From: a virus
Strand: one strand, 5' to 3'
Length of the DNA: 64,000 nt
IMG/VR virus record: IMGVR_UViG_3300016649_000355
The position numbers and the translations under genes were made by a program. How positions within the stretch are numbered: the stretch's first letter is position 1; the number at the start of each line of letters is the position of its first letter. The notes below the pieces were generated by a model. It worked only from the letters and a program-made list of their open reading frames with translations. It was not told the origin of the DNA and did not search any database. This document shows, piece by piece, positions 19,122-29,705 of this stretch.

Positions 19122-19828
19122 AATTATTTACTAATGGATGTAGTTGGACTTACGGAGGAGGCCTTGATTTGGATCAGCCTTACCAAGAGGCTGAAAGATT
19201 AAAGGTTGTGTGGCCTCACCATTTGGGAAAGTTATTAAATACTGATCAGGTAGTAAATCTAGCAATGGGGTGCGGAAGTAATCAAAGAATGATAAGAACG
19301 ACATTTGATTGGTTACTTACTCAAACAAAACAAGAACTCGCAGATACAATAGCAGTGATTCAATTTACAGAACCTAGTAGATTTGAAATAAATTACGAAA
19401 ATGACTGGTATAATTGCAAGATAGGATGTGTTACATTTGGAGACAATCGTGTAGCTAATACACATGAAGAAAATTTTAAAGTTCAGGAAATGTATAGTCT
19501 AGTAGAATCTAGATTTGTAACATACTCGGATGTAGAAGGTGACTACTCATTATTGTCTTCAGCTACATCTATAGATAACTTATTTAAACAATTTCATTTA
19601 AAAGATTGGTATTTTTGGTCTTTTAGTAATGATTTCATGCGCAGTAAATATAAAGAGTATTATTGCAATAATTTTAAAATAGTTGATAAACAATATATGA
19701 CAGATTTATGGAAGTATTCAAGGGTAGGAATAAAATTTTTTAATCAAGAATTTGATCCACATCCTAGTATCGAGGGACATCGGCAAGTTGCAAACGCATT
19801 ATTTCATGAAATGGGAACATACAAATGA
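19118..19828 (+). CDS. SGNH/GDSL-hydrolase-like protein
   Basis: TNGCSWT, NLAMGCGSN and DPHPSIEGH motifs. Confidence 0.7.
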   Translation: MKLFTNGCSWTYGGGLDLDQPYQEAERLKVVWPHHLGKLLNTDQVVNLAMGCGSNQRMIRTTFDWLLTQTKQELADTIAVIQFTEPSRFEINYENDWYNCKIGCVTFGDNRVANTHEENFKVQEMYSLVESRFVTYSDVEGDYSLLSSATSIDNLFKQFHLKDWYFWSFSNDFMRSKYKEYYCNNFKIVDKQYMTDLWKYSRVGIKFFNQEFDPHPSIEGHRQVANALFHEMGTYK

Positions 19829-20256
19829 AAAAAATATTAGCAATAGTTTTACTATCACTAACCAGTATCGCACACGCACAGAAACAGGGGGTAACATATG
19901 ATGCACAAATTCTTAGGGTTAACGATGGAGATACGGTCGTTATTTCTGCTCCATTTTTACCTGCTCCGCTAAAACCAGAACTTGCCGTGAGAATATATGG
20001 GGTAGACACACCTGAAAAGGGTTTCCGCGCACAGTGTCCCCAAGAAGATGCTAGGGGAAAGGCTGCTAGTGAATTCACTAAGAAAGCGGTAGCCGGGGCG
20101 CAGAAAAGACAAGTTGTTTTAATGGACTGGGATAAGTTCGGCGGTCGCGTGTTAGGCGACATTATCTTAGATGGTGTGAGCCTTAGAGAAATGCTAATCA
20201 AAAATAACATGGCCCGAGCATACTTCGGCGAAGCGAAACAAAGCTGGTGCAATTGA
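19825..20256 (+). CDS. Thermonuclease (SNase) family protein with signal peptide
   Basis: DGDT, RIYGVDTPE, DKFGGRVLG; AHA cleavage site. Confidence 0.9.
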   Translation: MKKILAIVLLSLTSIAHAQKQGVTYDAQILRVNDGDTVVISAPFLPAPLKPELAVRIYGVDTPEKGFRAQCPQEDARGKAASEFTKKAVAGAQKRQVVLMDWDKFGGRVLGDIILDGVSLREMLIKNNMARAYFGEAKQSWCN

Positions 20257-20269
20257 TAAATATTTAATC

Positions 20270-20965
20270 ATGCGAGCCACTGAGTTTTTAATAGAAAAAA
20301 ATAGAAAAAGAAAGCGCACAAAATTGCGCAAATACTTTTTTCCTGGTTTTGCCTATTACGGAGGTTACGGTGGTGAAGATTCAGGTGGTGATGGCGGAGG
20401 CGGAGAAAGCATGTATGAAAGTGCTGTCGATGAGCTAAAGCAGCAGCTACCATCACTTAAAAAACATGACTATGATACAATCGATAGACTCATGAGAGGT
20501 ATAGCGAAAAAACACAAGATCACAGGAAAAGCACTACATGATCTATTTGTTAACAAATATAAAAAGACCCCGGATGACTGGATAAAAAATAAATTAGACG
20601 AACAGCTAGACCTTGATATGGTCGGGGAAGTGGAGAAATTCAGCGACTGGGCCTGTAAAAAATTGAATGTACAGAACCAACCCAGGATCAATTTAAGTTA
20701 CGATACAGAAGAGGCGCAGACAAATCATCACACCGGGGGGCATGTAATGGGTGACGATGAGATTTGGGTATACGCTAAAAATCGCAATTTAGTCGATATA
20801 TTGAGGACTGTGTTCCATGAATTGGTTCATGTGAGGCAGGAAGAATTGAACATGATCAAGCATGGTTCAAGTTATCCCGGAAGCCCCATCGAAGCGATGG
20901 CAGACATGCTTGCGGGCAAATACATCAAGATTTACGGCAAAGATAATCCAAAAATATTCCAATAA
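20270..20965 (+). CDS. Modular protein with HExxH zinc-metallopeptidase-like domain
   Basis: RTVFHELVH...EAMAD; MRATEFLIE leader. Confidence 0.7.
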   Translation: MRATEFLIEKNRKRKRTKLRKYFFPGFAYYGGYGGEDSGGDGGGGESMYESAVDELKQQLPSLKKHDYDTIDRLMRGIAKKHKITGKALHDLFVNKYKKTPDDWIKNKLDEQLDLDMVGEVEKFSDWACKKLNVQNQPRINLSYDTEEAQTNHHTGGHVMGDDEIWVYAKNRNLVDILRTVFHELVHVRQEELNMIKHGSSYPGSPIEAMADMLAGKYIKIYGKDNPKIFQ

Positions 20966-21019
20966 TATCTTGCGCCTTTAAAATATTTGTTATATACTAT
21001 ATACTTTCTAGGAGCAATT

Positions 21020-21280
21020 ATGTCTGAACGAACCTTTTCTGCCGAAGGCAAACTTAAACTTACCCAATTAGTCAACGAAGGCATGTCAGTCATGCATGAG
21101 ATCGAAACATTGCAGGGTGGATTGAATGATACGATCAAGGCAGTAGCAGAAGAAATGGAAATCAAACCGAGTATTTTAAAGAAAGCCATCAAAATCGCAT
21201 ACAAATCTGGTCTAGGTCAGACCAACAAAGAACACGAAGAACTAAACACGATTCTGGAGACTGTTGGTAAGACCCTATGA
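21020..21280 (+). CDS. dsDNA-binding protein, T4 DsbA/GapR-like
   Basis: Small helical protein (IKAVAEEMEIKPSILKKAIKIAYK) directly upstream of the polymerase; GGAG RBS. Confidence 0.6.
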   Translation: MSERTFSAEGKLKLTQLVNEGMSVMHEIETLQGGLNDTIKAVAEEMEIKPSILKKAIKIAYKSGLGQTNKEHEELNTILETVGKTL

Positions 21281-23988
21281 GTTATGTAGACGCTATTCAC
21301 GACCGTGATAGTGACAGGATCTTTGTAGTTGAAAGAACTACAGAAGGCAAACGAACATATAAAGAATATCCTGCAAACTATGTCTTCTATTACAGCGATC
21401 CTAAAGGTAAATTTCGCAGTATCTATGGCGATAATGTTAGTCGTTTTTCAACAAGGAAGCGCGCCGAATTTGAGAAAGAGCGGCGGATACACTCCGGTAA
21501 GAAGTTATACGAGAGCGACATCAATGTTGTCTTCCGTTGCCTCAGCGAAAATTATCTAAATATCGATCCTCCCCAATTACATACTTGCTTCTTTGACATT
21601 GAGGTAGATTTTGACCCCGAGAAAGGTTTCAGCCCAACAAATGATCCTTTCAATCCAGTCACTGCTATTTCACTATATCTTGACTGGCAAGATCAACTGA
21701 TCACATTGTGTTTGAAGCCAAAACACATGAGTGTTGAGACTGGTCGTGAAATTGCAGAAGAATTTGAGAACTGCATACTATGTGATGATGAAGAATCAAT
21801 GTTCAAGATATTCTTCCAACTCATCGAAGATAGTGATGTATTGACTGGCTGGAACTCAGAGGGGTACGACATACCCTACATGGTCAATCGTGTGACACGG
21901 GTATTGAGCAAGGATGATACACGCAAGTTCTGTCTACTCGGTCAATTGCCCAGAGCCCGTGAATACGAAAGATTTGGTAAAACTGAGACAACATATGACT
22001 TAGTTGGTCGCATTCACATGGACTATCTACAGTTGTACAAGAAGTATAACTATGAGAGTCGCCACAGTTATAAGCTAGACTTCATCGGTGAGATGGAAGT
22101 AGGTGAGAACAAAACGCAATATGAAGGCACATTGGATCAATTGTATAACAAGGACTTCAAAAAGTTCTTAGAATATAATCGACAGGATACGATGTTGCTT
22201 GTCAAGATACACAACAAACTCAAATTCCTCGATCTTGCTAACGCACTGGCACATGAAAATACTGTATTGCTTCCAACAGTCATGGGTTCTGTAGCAATGA
22301 TCGAAATGGCGATCATGAATGAAGCGCATGAGCGCGGTATGGTGGTTCCCGATAAAAAACGAAAGGAAGCAAACGGTGATGAACAACAAGCGGCAGGTGC
22401 CTATGTTGCTACGCCCAAAAGGGGCATACATGAGTGGGTCGGAGCAGTGGATATCAACTCGCTCTATCCCTCGACTATTAGAGCCCTCAACATGGCTCCC
22501 GAGACAATCGTTGGACAAGTCAGACAAACACTCACCGAACAGTACATGCACGACAAAGGGAGACGGCTGGCTAGCGAAAAAAAGCGGAGCAAAGACGGGG
22601 ACGAAGAAGTAACTGGATCAATATTATGGGAAGGATTGTTTGGTAGCTTAGAATACACTGCCATCATGAATCAAGAGCGCGGGACTACATTGATCCTAGA
22701 CTACGAGGATGGACGCAGTGTTGAGATGAGTGCTGCCGAACTATGGAAATTGATCTTTGATAGTCACAAGCCCTATATGTTGTCAGCGAACGGGACGATA
22801 TTCACTTACGAGACTGAGGGCGTGATTCCTGGATTGTTGTCTAAGTGGTATAGTGATCGTAAAGTCATGCAACAAAAATTAAAAGAATCAACAACGCCGG
22901 AAGATAGGGAATACTGGGATAAGCGTCAGTTGGTTCGTAAGATTTTGCTCAACTCAGCATATGGTGCGTTGTTGAATGAGCATTGTCGTTTCTATGACAA
23001 ACGGATCGGCCAAAGCGTTACATTGACTGGCAGGCAGATCGTGAAACACATGATGAGTACTATCAATGAAACTGTAGCGGGTGTCTATACGCATGACGGT
23101 GATGCCATCGTCTACGGTGATACTGATAGTTGTTATTTCAGCGCGTATCCGATATTGAAGTCTCAGATAAACAATGGCGAATTAGAATGGAATAAAGAAG
23201 TCTGTATCGGATTGTATGACAGTATCGCTGAACAGGCTAATCAAAGTTTCCCAGCTTTCCTCGAAAAAGCCTTTCATGCTCCTAGAAAGAATGGGGAGAT
23301 CATCAAAGCAGGTCGTGAATTGATCGGTGATAGAAGTTTGTTCATCACGAAAAAACGATATGCGATCAATATCTTTGACAAAGAAGGCAAACGAAAAGAC
23401 ACGAAGGGCAAGATGGGAGATATCAAGGCAATGGGCCTCGATCTCAAGAGGGCGGATACTCCCAAATATGTTCAAGAATTCTTGATGTCTGTATTAGAAA
23501 TGGTTCTGTCTGGTAAAGGCCGTGACGATGTGATTGAAAAGATCAAGGACTTCAAGATCGAATTGGGCAAACAAGATAGCTGGACTAAAGGTAGTCCTAA
23601 ATCTGTCAATAAGTTGACATACTATGGTGATCTAGAAGCCGGTAGCAAGACGGGTAGAGCAAACATGCCGGGTCATGTGAGGGCAGCATTGAACTATAAT
23701 TATCTGCGCCGTGTGAATAGCGACAACTATTCTATGAAAATTGTTGACGGCATGAAGGTCATCGTATGTAAATTGAAACAAAATCCATTAGGATTTACTA
23801 GTGTTGCTTATCCAACAGACGAACTTAGATTGCCCCAATGGTTCTGTGATCTGCCATTCGATGATCAAGAAATGGAAAGAACATTGGTTGACGAGAAGAT
23901 CGAAAACTTATTGGGTGTGCTTGGTTGGGACCTGCGCAGTAATACCGATACCAATTCAACATTTGATGATCTGTTTAGTTTCGGTTAA
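21277..23988 (+). CDS. Family B DNA polymerase with 3'-5' exonuclease
   Basis: FDIE, YNRQD, DINSLYPS, KILLNSAYG, YGDTDS and KKRY motifs. Confidence 0.97.
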   Translation: MSYVDAIHDRDSDRIFVVERTTEGKRTYKEYPANYVFYYSDPKGKFRSIYGDNVSRFSTRKRAEFEKERRIHSGKKLYESDINVVFRCLSENYLNIDPPQLHTCFFDIEVDFDPEKGFSPTNDPFNPVTAISLYLDWQDQLITLCLKPKHMSVETGREIAEEFENCILCDDEESMFKIFFQLIEDSDVLTGWNSEGYDIPYMVNRVTRVLSKDDTRKFCLLGQLPRAREYERFGKTETTYDLVGRIHMDYLQLYKKYNYESRHSYKLDFIGEMEVGENKTQYEGTLDQLYNKDFKKFLEYNRQDTMLLVKIHNKLKFLDLANALAHENTVLLPTVMGSVAMIEMAIMNEAHERGMVVPDKKRKEANGDEQQAAGAYVATPKRGIHEWVGAVDINSLYPSTIRALNMAPETIVGQVRQTLTEQYMHDKGRRLASEKKRSKDGDEEVTGSILWEGLFGSLEYTAIMNQERGTTLILDYEDGRSVEMSAAELWKLIFDSHKPYMLSANGTIFTYETEGVIPGLLSKWYSDRKVMQQKLKESTTPEDREYWDKRQLVRKILLNSAYGALLNEHCRFYDKRIGQSVTLTGRQIVKHMMSTINETVAGVYTHDGDAIVYGDTDSCYFSAYPILKSQINNGELEWNKEVCIGLYDSIAEQANQSFPAFLEKAFHAPRKNGEIIKAGRELIGDRSLFITKKRYAINIFDKEGKRKDTKGKMGDIKAMGLDLKRADTPKYVQEFLMSVLEMVLSGKGRDDVIEKIKDFKIELGKQDSWTKGSPKSVNKLTYYGDLEAGSKTGRANMPGHVRAALNYNYLRRVNSDNYSMKIVDGMKVIVCKLKQNPLGFTSVAYPTDELRLPQWFCDLPFDDQEMERTLVDEKIENLLGVLGWDLRSNTDTNSTFDDLFSFG

Positions 23989-23995
23989 ATCAGTG

Positions 23996-24024
23996 TTGAC
24001 ACACACAAAAAAATCCACTATATT
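23996..24024 (+). promoter_or_regulatory. Sigma70-type promoter
   Basis: TTGACA-17-TATATT. Confidence 0.7.
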
Positions 24025-24065
24025 ACATCATAATAGTGCCTAAATATCTTAACACAAAGGAAAAT

Positions 24066-24797
24066 ATGAAAGATAATCTACAAGACTTAATCCAACACAC
24101 ACATGGTCTAGGTGTCATCGATCTCATCAAGGTCGTTGGAACTGATACTGAGACACAGATCGCGGCAATCGCAGAAGATAAATCAGTGATCGTGAACGGA
24201 AAGTTCATCAATCCCGTCGCAGACTTCATCGGCACTTTTGGTATGCCTAATCTTGGTAAGCTAAAAACTATTTTAAGCTTTGATGATTACGACAACAACG
24301 CTACTATCAAAGTCACGAAACAAAACAAAGATGGCGTAGAGATTCCCGCTACTATTCACTTTTCTACTAAGACAAATGATTTCGTCAATGACTATCGATT
24401 GATGAGCAAGGTCATCATCGAAGAGAAAGTAAAGAATGTTACATTCAAGGGTGCTACATGGAATGTAGAATTCGAACCAACAGTGGCAGGAATTCTCAGG
24501 CTCAAGAAGCAGGCGCAGGCAAATAACGAAGAGCCAAACTTCACTACTAAAACAGACAACAATGATCTAAAAATTTATTTTGGTGATCCTTCAACTCACA
24601 GTGGCAACTTTGTATTTCAGCCCGGTGTCAATGGCACATTAAGCCGGCCGTGGATGTGGCCAGTCAAAGTGTTCATGAGCATCATGGATTTACCCGGAGA
24701 CAAGATCGTTAAGATCAGCGATCAGGGTGCTTGCGAGATCACAGTCAATAGTGGGCTTGCTGTCTATCAATATCTATTACCCGCACAAGCAAAATAA
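24066..24797 (+). CDS. Probable sliding clamp (gp45-like)
   Basis: About 243 aa alpha/beta protein directly after the polymerase; ends YQYLLPAQ. Confidence 0.55.
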   Translation: MKDNLQDLIQHTHGLGVIDLIKVVGTDTETQIAAIAEDKSVIVNGKFINPVADFIGTFGMPNLGKLKTILSFDDYDNNATIKVTKQNKDGVEIPATIHFSTKTNDFVNDYRLMSKVIIEEKVKNVTFKGATWNVEFEPTVAGILRLKKQAQANNEEPNFTTKTDNNDLKIYFGDPSTHSGNFVFQPGVNGTLSRPWMWPVKVFMSIMDLPGDKIVKISDQGACEITVNSGLAVYQYLLPAQAK

Positions 24798-24804
24798 CAA
24801 TTAT

Positions 24805-26358
24805 ATGTCAAGTGAGCAGATAAATCTAACACAACAACATAACAAAGACTGGGCATTGTTTCTCCCCGCAGTGTCTAGCTTTTTTATCACAGGATTAGGC
24901 AAGCAAAGAGAGGGACAGCAATATTTCGACGCCGCTAGAATTCCCCAGGGGTTCAACGGTGATGTTGAGTGCTTGAATTTTCTCAATAGCAAGCAAGGCT
25001 TATATACTTATAAATGGGGTTTGTATAGTGCTGGTCATGCCAATCTTGATACCATAGTAGATGATCCCGCTGAGAGCATTATTCGCAAGCGTGAACAAGG
25101 TACATTCATGCTAGGTGATAGTGGTGGATTTCAGATCATGAAGGGTCAATGGCCCGCAGACTGGAAAGATATGAACTGTCCCAAAGCAATAGCACAGCGA
25201 CAAAAAGTATTGAAGTGGATGGATACATACATGGACTATGGTATGTGTCTAGATGTTCCTTCGCAAACCGTTAGGAATCAACATCTATTAGACAAGCATG
25301 GTATCACAAGCATACAAGACGCGATCACTGCCACACATATCAATAACGAATACTTCATCAAACACAGGAACGGCAATTGCAAGTTCTTGAATGTATTACA
25401 GGGTCTCAATCATACGCAGAGTGATGCTTGGTATCAAGAGATGAAGAAATATTGTGATCCAAAAGTCTATCCAGACAATCATTTCAATGGTTGGGCTTTC
25501 GGGGGTCAGACAAAGATCGACATCCATTTGACACTAAAACGGATCGTGCATATCATCCACGATGGATTATTAGAACCGGGTAAACACGATCTAATTCACT
25601 GTCTAGGTACAAGTATCTTAGAGTATGCTGTGTTGTTCAGTGATATACAGAGGGCTGTTAGGAAGTATCACAACCCAAATCTACAGATCACTTTCGATTG
25701 TGCTAGCCCATTCTTCAGCGCGGCAAAAGGTCTTGCATATTTCAATACTAGTATTGAGCATGACAAAAAATGGGCATACTCAATGGAAAAAACTGCCGAG
25801 AAAAAGAGTTATGCCAATGATAAAAGGAAATTTAGTGACGCGGTATTGCAGGACAAAGTCCATAAACTCTTTACTGACAGTCCTGTAACTGATAGAATGT
25901 TGATCAGTGACTTATGTTACAGGGGTCAAGGTTTCATTAATCAGCAAGGCAAAGAAACAAAAACAAGTTGGGACACATTGAGTTATACATTATTACAGGC
26001 ACACAATGTTTATCAGCATATTCATGCAGTACAAGAAGCAAATAGAAAATATGATCAAGGTATCATCCCTAAAATGGTAATGAATGAGACCTTTGAACGG
26101 ATCAGATTCAGCGAGATCGTTGATGAAATTTTTTCGTTAAAAGATCGGCAAAAAAGTTTAGATTTGATTGATAAGTACGATAGATTCTGGATGCAGATGA
26201 AGTCGGGTAGTCAAGGTTTCAGTGGTAAAAAAGCAGTAAATGCATTAACAATGTTTGACCAATTATTTGAAGTAACGGATAATGATCCTGAAGTAGAGGA
26301 TCCGATTATAGACAGCGATGACGCCATACTAGAGGTAATTGACGATGATAAATCGTAG
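24805..26358 (+). CDS. dpdA: TGT-fold 7-deazaguanine transglycosylase (DpdA-like)
   Basis: DSGGFQ, LDVP, VLQG, WAFGG, HCLG, FDCAS and HN motifs; clustered with folE, queD, queE. Confidence 0.82.
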   Translation: MSSEQINLTQQHNKDWALFLPAVSSFFITGLGKQREGQQYFDAARIPQGFNGDVECLNFLNSKQGLYTYKWGLYSAGHANLDTIVDDPAESIIRKREQGTFMLGDSGGFQIMKGQWPADWKDMNCPKAIAQRQKVLKWMDTYMDYGMCLDVPSQTVRNQHLLDKHGITSIQDAITATHINNEYFIKHRNGNCKFLNVLQGLNHTQSDAWYQEMKKYCDPKVYPDNHFNGWAFGGQTKIDIHLTLKRIVHIIHDGLLEPGKHDLIHCLGTSILEYAVLFSDIQRAVRKYHNPNLQITFDCASPFFSAAKGLAYFNTSIEHDKKWAYSMEKTAEKKSYANDKRKFSDAVLQDKVHKLFTDSPVTDRMLISDLCYRGQGFINQQGKETKTSWDTLSYTLLQAHNVYQHIHAVQEANRKYDQGIIPKMVMNETFERIRFSEIVDEIFSLKDRQKSLDLIDKYDRFWMQMKSGSQGFSGKKAVNALTMFDQLFEVTDNDPEVEDPIIDSDDAILEVIDDDKS

Positions 26359-26893
26359 TAAACCAAATATCAATTGGGATTTTGATAAAAAAATAATTAC
26401 AAAATTAAATGTCATAGACCCAAAATTATGTGATGAAATCATCGAATATGGAAATGATAATGTAAATCCGGGAATCGATAAATACCCGGAAATATTTAGA
26501 ACAAGTTTTCATTCATGCTTATTACCTTTGAATCACCCTATACATGAAATTTTAACAAATGTTTGGAAAGAAATTATTCTTCATTTTCAATTTGATATAG
26601 ATTTTGTCGAACCATATGAATTAAAAAGATATACTAATGAAGATTTTTTCGGATCACATATTGACAATTATTATTCTTTAACTGATAATTTAGATAGAAA
26701 AATCACCATGGTATTACAGTTATCTGATCAGTCATTATATAAAGGGGGCGATCTTAAAATACTCAATAAGTTTGCTTCTAGAGAAAAGGGTAGTATAACA
26801 GCATTCCCTAGCTTTTTCCCTCATGAAGTTGAAAAAACGGAAGGATGCCGTTGGTCTTTAATTGGTTGGGCATGGGGCCCTTACTGGAAATAG
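26339..26893 (+). CDS. 2OG-Fe(II) oxygenase
   Basis: HxD (HID), RKITMVLQLS, GGDL, FPSFFPHEV and RWS motifs. Confidence 0.9.
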   Translation: MTMINRSKPNINWDFDKKIITKLNVIDPKLCDEIIEYGNDNVNPGIDKYPEIFRTSFHSCLLPLNHPIHEILTNVWKEIILHFQFDIDFVEPYELKRYTNEDFFGSHIDNYYSLTDNLDRKITMVLQLSDQSLYKGGDLKILNKFASREKGSITAFPSFFPHEVEKTEGCRWSLIGWAWGPYWK

Positions 26894-26902
26894 GAGATTA
26901 AA

Positions 26903-27112
26903 ATGTCATATCATAGAAAAATTGAATCATTAACCGAAACTCACCGTTTACTTGACAAGCAGATTGCAGACCTTGAAAAAGTACACGGAGACGCCCAAAA
27001 GATTAGCGAACTCAAGAAACAAAAGCTACAATACAAAGACGAGATCACTAGACTCACTAAACTACAGTGGGAAGAAGATCATGAGCGTGTATATTTTGAG
27101 GATGATCGATAA
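26903..27112 (+). CDS. YdcH/DUF465-like coiled-coil protein
   Basis: HRLLDKQI...LKKQKLQYKDEI. Confidence 0.7.
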   Translation: MSYHRKIESLTETHRLLDKQIADLEKVHGDAQKISELKKQKLQYKDEITRLTKLQWEEDHERVYFEDDR

Positions 27113-27570
27113 TGGATCAAGTAGAAGTTTCTAGGACAGAAAAAAGACAAAGGATCAAAACAGCAGCGAAACGGATGATTTATGTAACTTTTCAGAAAGA
27201 AGGTATTCATAGATATCCCGCTGCCGAGACTGATCCTAAATTAAAAACAGGTGATGAATATGATGTATCGTTCCTTGCTTATGCCCATAGGCATATTTTT
27301 CATTTTAATGTTGCTATCGAGGTATTCCACAATGACCGAGATGTGGAATTCATCCAATTTAAAAGATGGCTTGAAAGATTGTATAGTAGCGACCAAAGTG
27401 TATTGTCGCTCGACTTCAAAAGCTGCGAAATGATCAGCGATGATCTTTACGATCAAATCGCTAGTCGTTATCCAGACCGTGACATCCATATAACTGTCAG
27501 TGAAGACAACGAAAATGGGGCCACAATTTTTTATAACCGTAATCAACCTTACCAACAACTAGTAATCTAA
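27112..27570 (+). CDS. dpdL: QueD-paralog T-fold protein, DpdL-like (putative CDG decarboxylase)
   Basis: LAYAHRHIF (LxxxHRHxF), RDVEFIQFKR, SCEM and VSEDNENGA motifs. Confidence 0.7.
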   Translation: MDQVEVSRTEKRQRIKTAAKRMIYVTFQKEGIHRYPAAETDPKLKTGDEYDVSFLAYAHRHIFHFNVAIEVFHNDRDVEFIQFKRWLERLYSSDQSVLSLDFKSCEMISDDLYDQIASRYPDRDIHITVSEDNENGATIFYNRNQPYQQLVI

Positions 27571-27581
27571 GGAGAGTAGTA

Positions 27582-27791
27582 ATGGCAAAAGTAGCAATCA
27601 AATCAAATCCCCGTGTCCATCAAATTTTTGATGATCTTGAAAGTTTCCTTAACTTTTGTAAAAACTTCGGGTATCGCTACAATCCCGAGGATTTGTACAG
27701 CAATAAAAGTCATGTCTATCGCCAATATACAAAATATTTGACAGGAAAGCCGGTCAAAAATATGTGGGATCTTGATGGTAAAAATTCATAA
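27582..27791 (+). CDS. Hypothetical phage protein
   Basis: 69-aa ORF with AGGAG RBS. Confidence 0.7.
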   Translation: MAKVAIKSNPRVHQIFDDLESFLNFCKNFGYRYNPEDLYSNKSHVYRQYTKYLTGKPVKNMWDLDGKNS

Positions 27792-28530
27792 AATCGTCTT
27801 AGTGACCGGGGGGTTTGATCCCATACATAGCGGTCACATACAATATATAAAAGAAGCCAAAACGCTAGGACAGATTTTAATCGTAGGTCTTAATAGTGAT
27901 GAATGGTTGACTCGCAAAAAAGGTCAACCTTTCATGTGTTTTGATGAAAGAAAATCTATTCTAGAAGAATTCGCAAGTGTGGATGAGGTCATTGGTTATG
28001 ATGACAGTGACAATAGTAGTAAGAATGCTATCATTAAAGTCAGGCAAAAATATCCTGATGCTACTATCATCTTTGCTAATGGTGGAGATCGCACAAAAGA
28101 AAATATTCCAGAAATGGATATCAATGATTCTAACATAAAATTTGCATTCGGCATAGGTGGAGACTACAAGAAAAACTCTAGTAGTTGGATACTCCGTGAA
28201 TGGAAGGAACCCAAGACAATAAGATCATGGGGACATTATAGAGTATTATACGACATCAACGGATGTAAAGTTAAAGAATTAGTAGTTGACCCTGATAAAT
28301 CACTAAGCATGCAAAAACATAATGAAAGATCAGAGTTATGGTTTGTAAGCGAAGGAAAATGCAAGGTGGATTTTGATACAGGAATTCCCATGTATCTTAC
28401 CGAGCATACCGACACTAAAATTTTCAGAACTCAATGGCATAGACTATATAATCCATATGACAAACCTTGCAAGATAGTTGAAATACAATATGGAACAAAT
28501 TGCAGTGAAACAGATATTGAGAGGAAATAA
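27772..28530 (+). CDS. Cytidylyltransferase fused to mannose-6-phosphate-isomerase-type cupin
   Basis: GGFDPIHSGH, ANGGDR, NSSS; RSWG...SLSMQKH...RSELW...WHRL...EIQYG. Confidence 0.88.
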   Translation: MMVKIHKIVLVTGGFDPIHSGHIQYIKEAKTLGQILIVGLNSDEWLTRKKGQPFMCFDERKSILEEFASVDEVIGYDDSDNSSKNAIIKVRQKYPDATIIFANGGDRTKENIPEMDINDSNIKFAFGIGGDYKKNSSSWILREWKEPKTIRSWGHYRVLYDINGCKVKELVVDPDKSLSMQKHNERSELWFVSEGKCKVDFDTGIPMYLTEHTDTKIFRTQWHRLYNPYDKPCKIVEIQYGTNCSETDIERK

Positions 28531-29705
28531 TGCGTAAATTATATTATATGGGTCTTGAACCATATAAAAGTAGATATACACTACAGTTACAAAATTGGAA
28601 TATTGAAAAATTCATCAATAGGAAAGTAAATTTTTCTATAGTTCCCGGAGATACATTATCAAGCGATGAATCTATCGTGGTAGGACAAGTATTAGATGCG
28701 CATGGCCGCAGCTATTTTTCCATGAGCCAGATGATGAATTTAATAAAAATGATGAAACAGGGAGAAATTAATAATGAAGATGTGATTTATTTTGAAGATA
28801 TGTTTCAACCTGGTATCGAGTCATTACCTTATATTCTCGATCAAATCGATCCTAGTTATCGTCCTCGCATTTTTGTCCGTTGTCTTGCTCAATCCATTGA
28901 TCCTGATGATTTCGTACATGTATGGGGTATGGAAAAATGGATGGGTTACTATGAAAAGATGGTTAATGAATTTGTAGATGGTATATTGGCTACTAATGAG
29001 GAAATGGTAGCACATATGAAGATTGCAGGTTGGACTGCTCCCATCTATAATATTAGTGGGCTTGCGTTCGGTAAAAATGAAGTGAGGTCCAGGGTAGACT
29101 TCAAGATAAAAGAATTCAATGAACGATGCATGCGAATAGCATATGCTGCCAGATGGGATCAAGAAAAACAACCTGATTTCTTCATGGATTTAGTTGAAGA
29201 ATGGCATAAACGATTTGGTGATAATGTAGAGTTCGCTGTTTTTTCGGGCGGCGAATTAAGATCAAACAATACTAGCTACATGGAAAGAACTTTGGATCTG
29301 GTAGAAAAGGGACAACTAAAAATATATGAAAACTTAGATAAGACTATTTACTATACTATGCTCAATGATAGCAGGGTTCTTTTCAATTGTGCATTACAAG
29401 ATTGGGTATCAAATACGGTTAGCGAAGCAGATGCCTTAGGATGTAATGTATTATATCCAGCTTATCGCAGTTTTCCAGAAACATTCGCAAATGATCATAC
29501 AAGAATGTATGTGCCATGGAGTTTAGAAGATGCTATAGGAAAGATGCATGAACTATTGATCAAGCCTCATTATAATATGGGAAAAATCAGCGATTATAAT
29601 GATAAAACTATCGATAGAATCATAGACATCATCGAAGGCAAGGGCATACAATATTTGAGAAATTCAGTGGATTACAGAAAACATGCAAGACAATCAAAAT
29701 ATTAA
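28530..29705 (+). CDS. GT-B-fold glycosyltransferase-like protein
   Basis: ARWDQEKQP and SNTVSEADALGC motifs. Confidence 0.7.
   Translation: MRKLYYMGLEPYKSRYTLQLQNWNIEKFINRKVNFSIVPGDTLSSDESIVVGQVLDAHGRSYFSMSQMMNLIKMMKQGEINNEDVIYFEDMFQPGIESLPYILDQIDPSYRPRIFVRCLAQSIDPDDFVHVWGMEKWMGYYEKMVNEFVDGILATNEEMVAHMKIAGWTAPIYNISGLAFGKNEVRSRVDFKIKEFNERCMRIAYAARWDQEKQPDFFMDLVEEWHKRFGDNVEFAVFSGGELRSNNTSYMERTLDLVEKGQLKIYENLDKTIYYTMLNDSRVLFNCALQDWVSNTVSEADALGCNVLYPAYRSFPETFANDHTRMYVPWSLEDAIGKMHELLIKPHYNMGKISDYNDKTIDRIIDIIEGKGIQYLRNSVDYRKHARQSKY

Noticed and set aside
21277..23988. Intein or intron in the DNA polymerase
   Set aside because: The length is normal, motifs are collinear, and there is no C...HN splice signature or LAGLIDADG motif.
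24805..26358. Ordinary tRNA-guanine transglycosylase (tgt) for queuosine
   Set aside because: It is long and divergent, lacks the CxCxxC zinc motif, and sits beside the polymerase and a dpdL-like gene; a DNA-related DpdA is more plausible.
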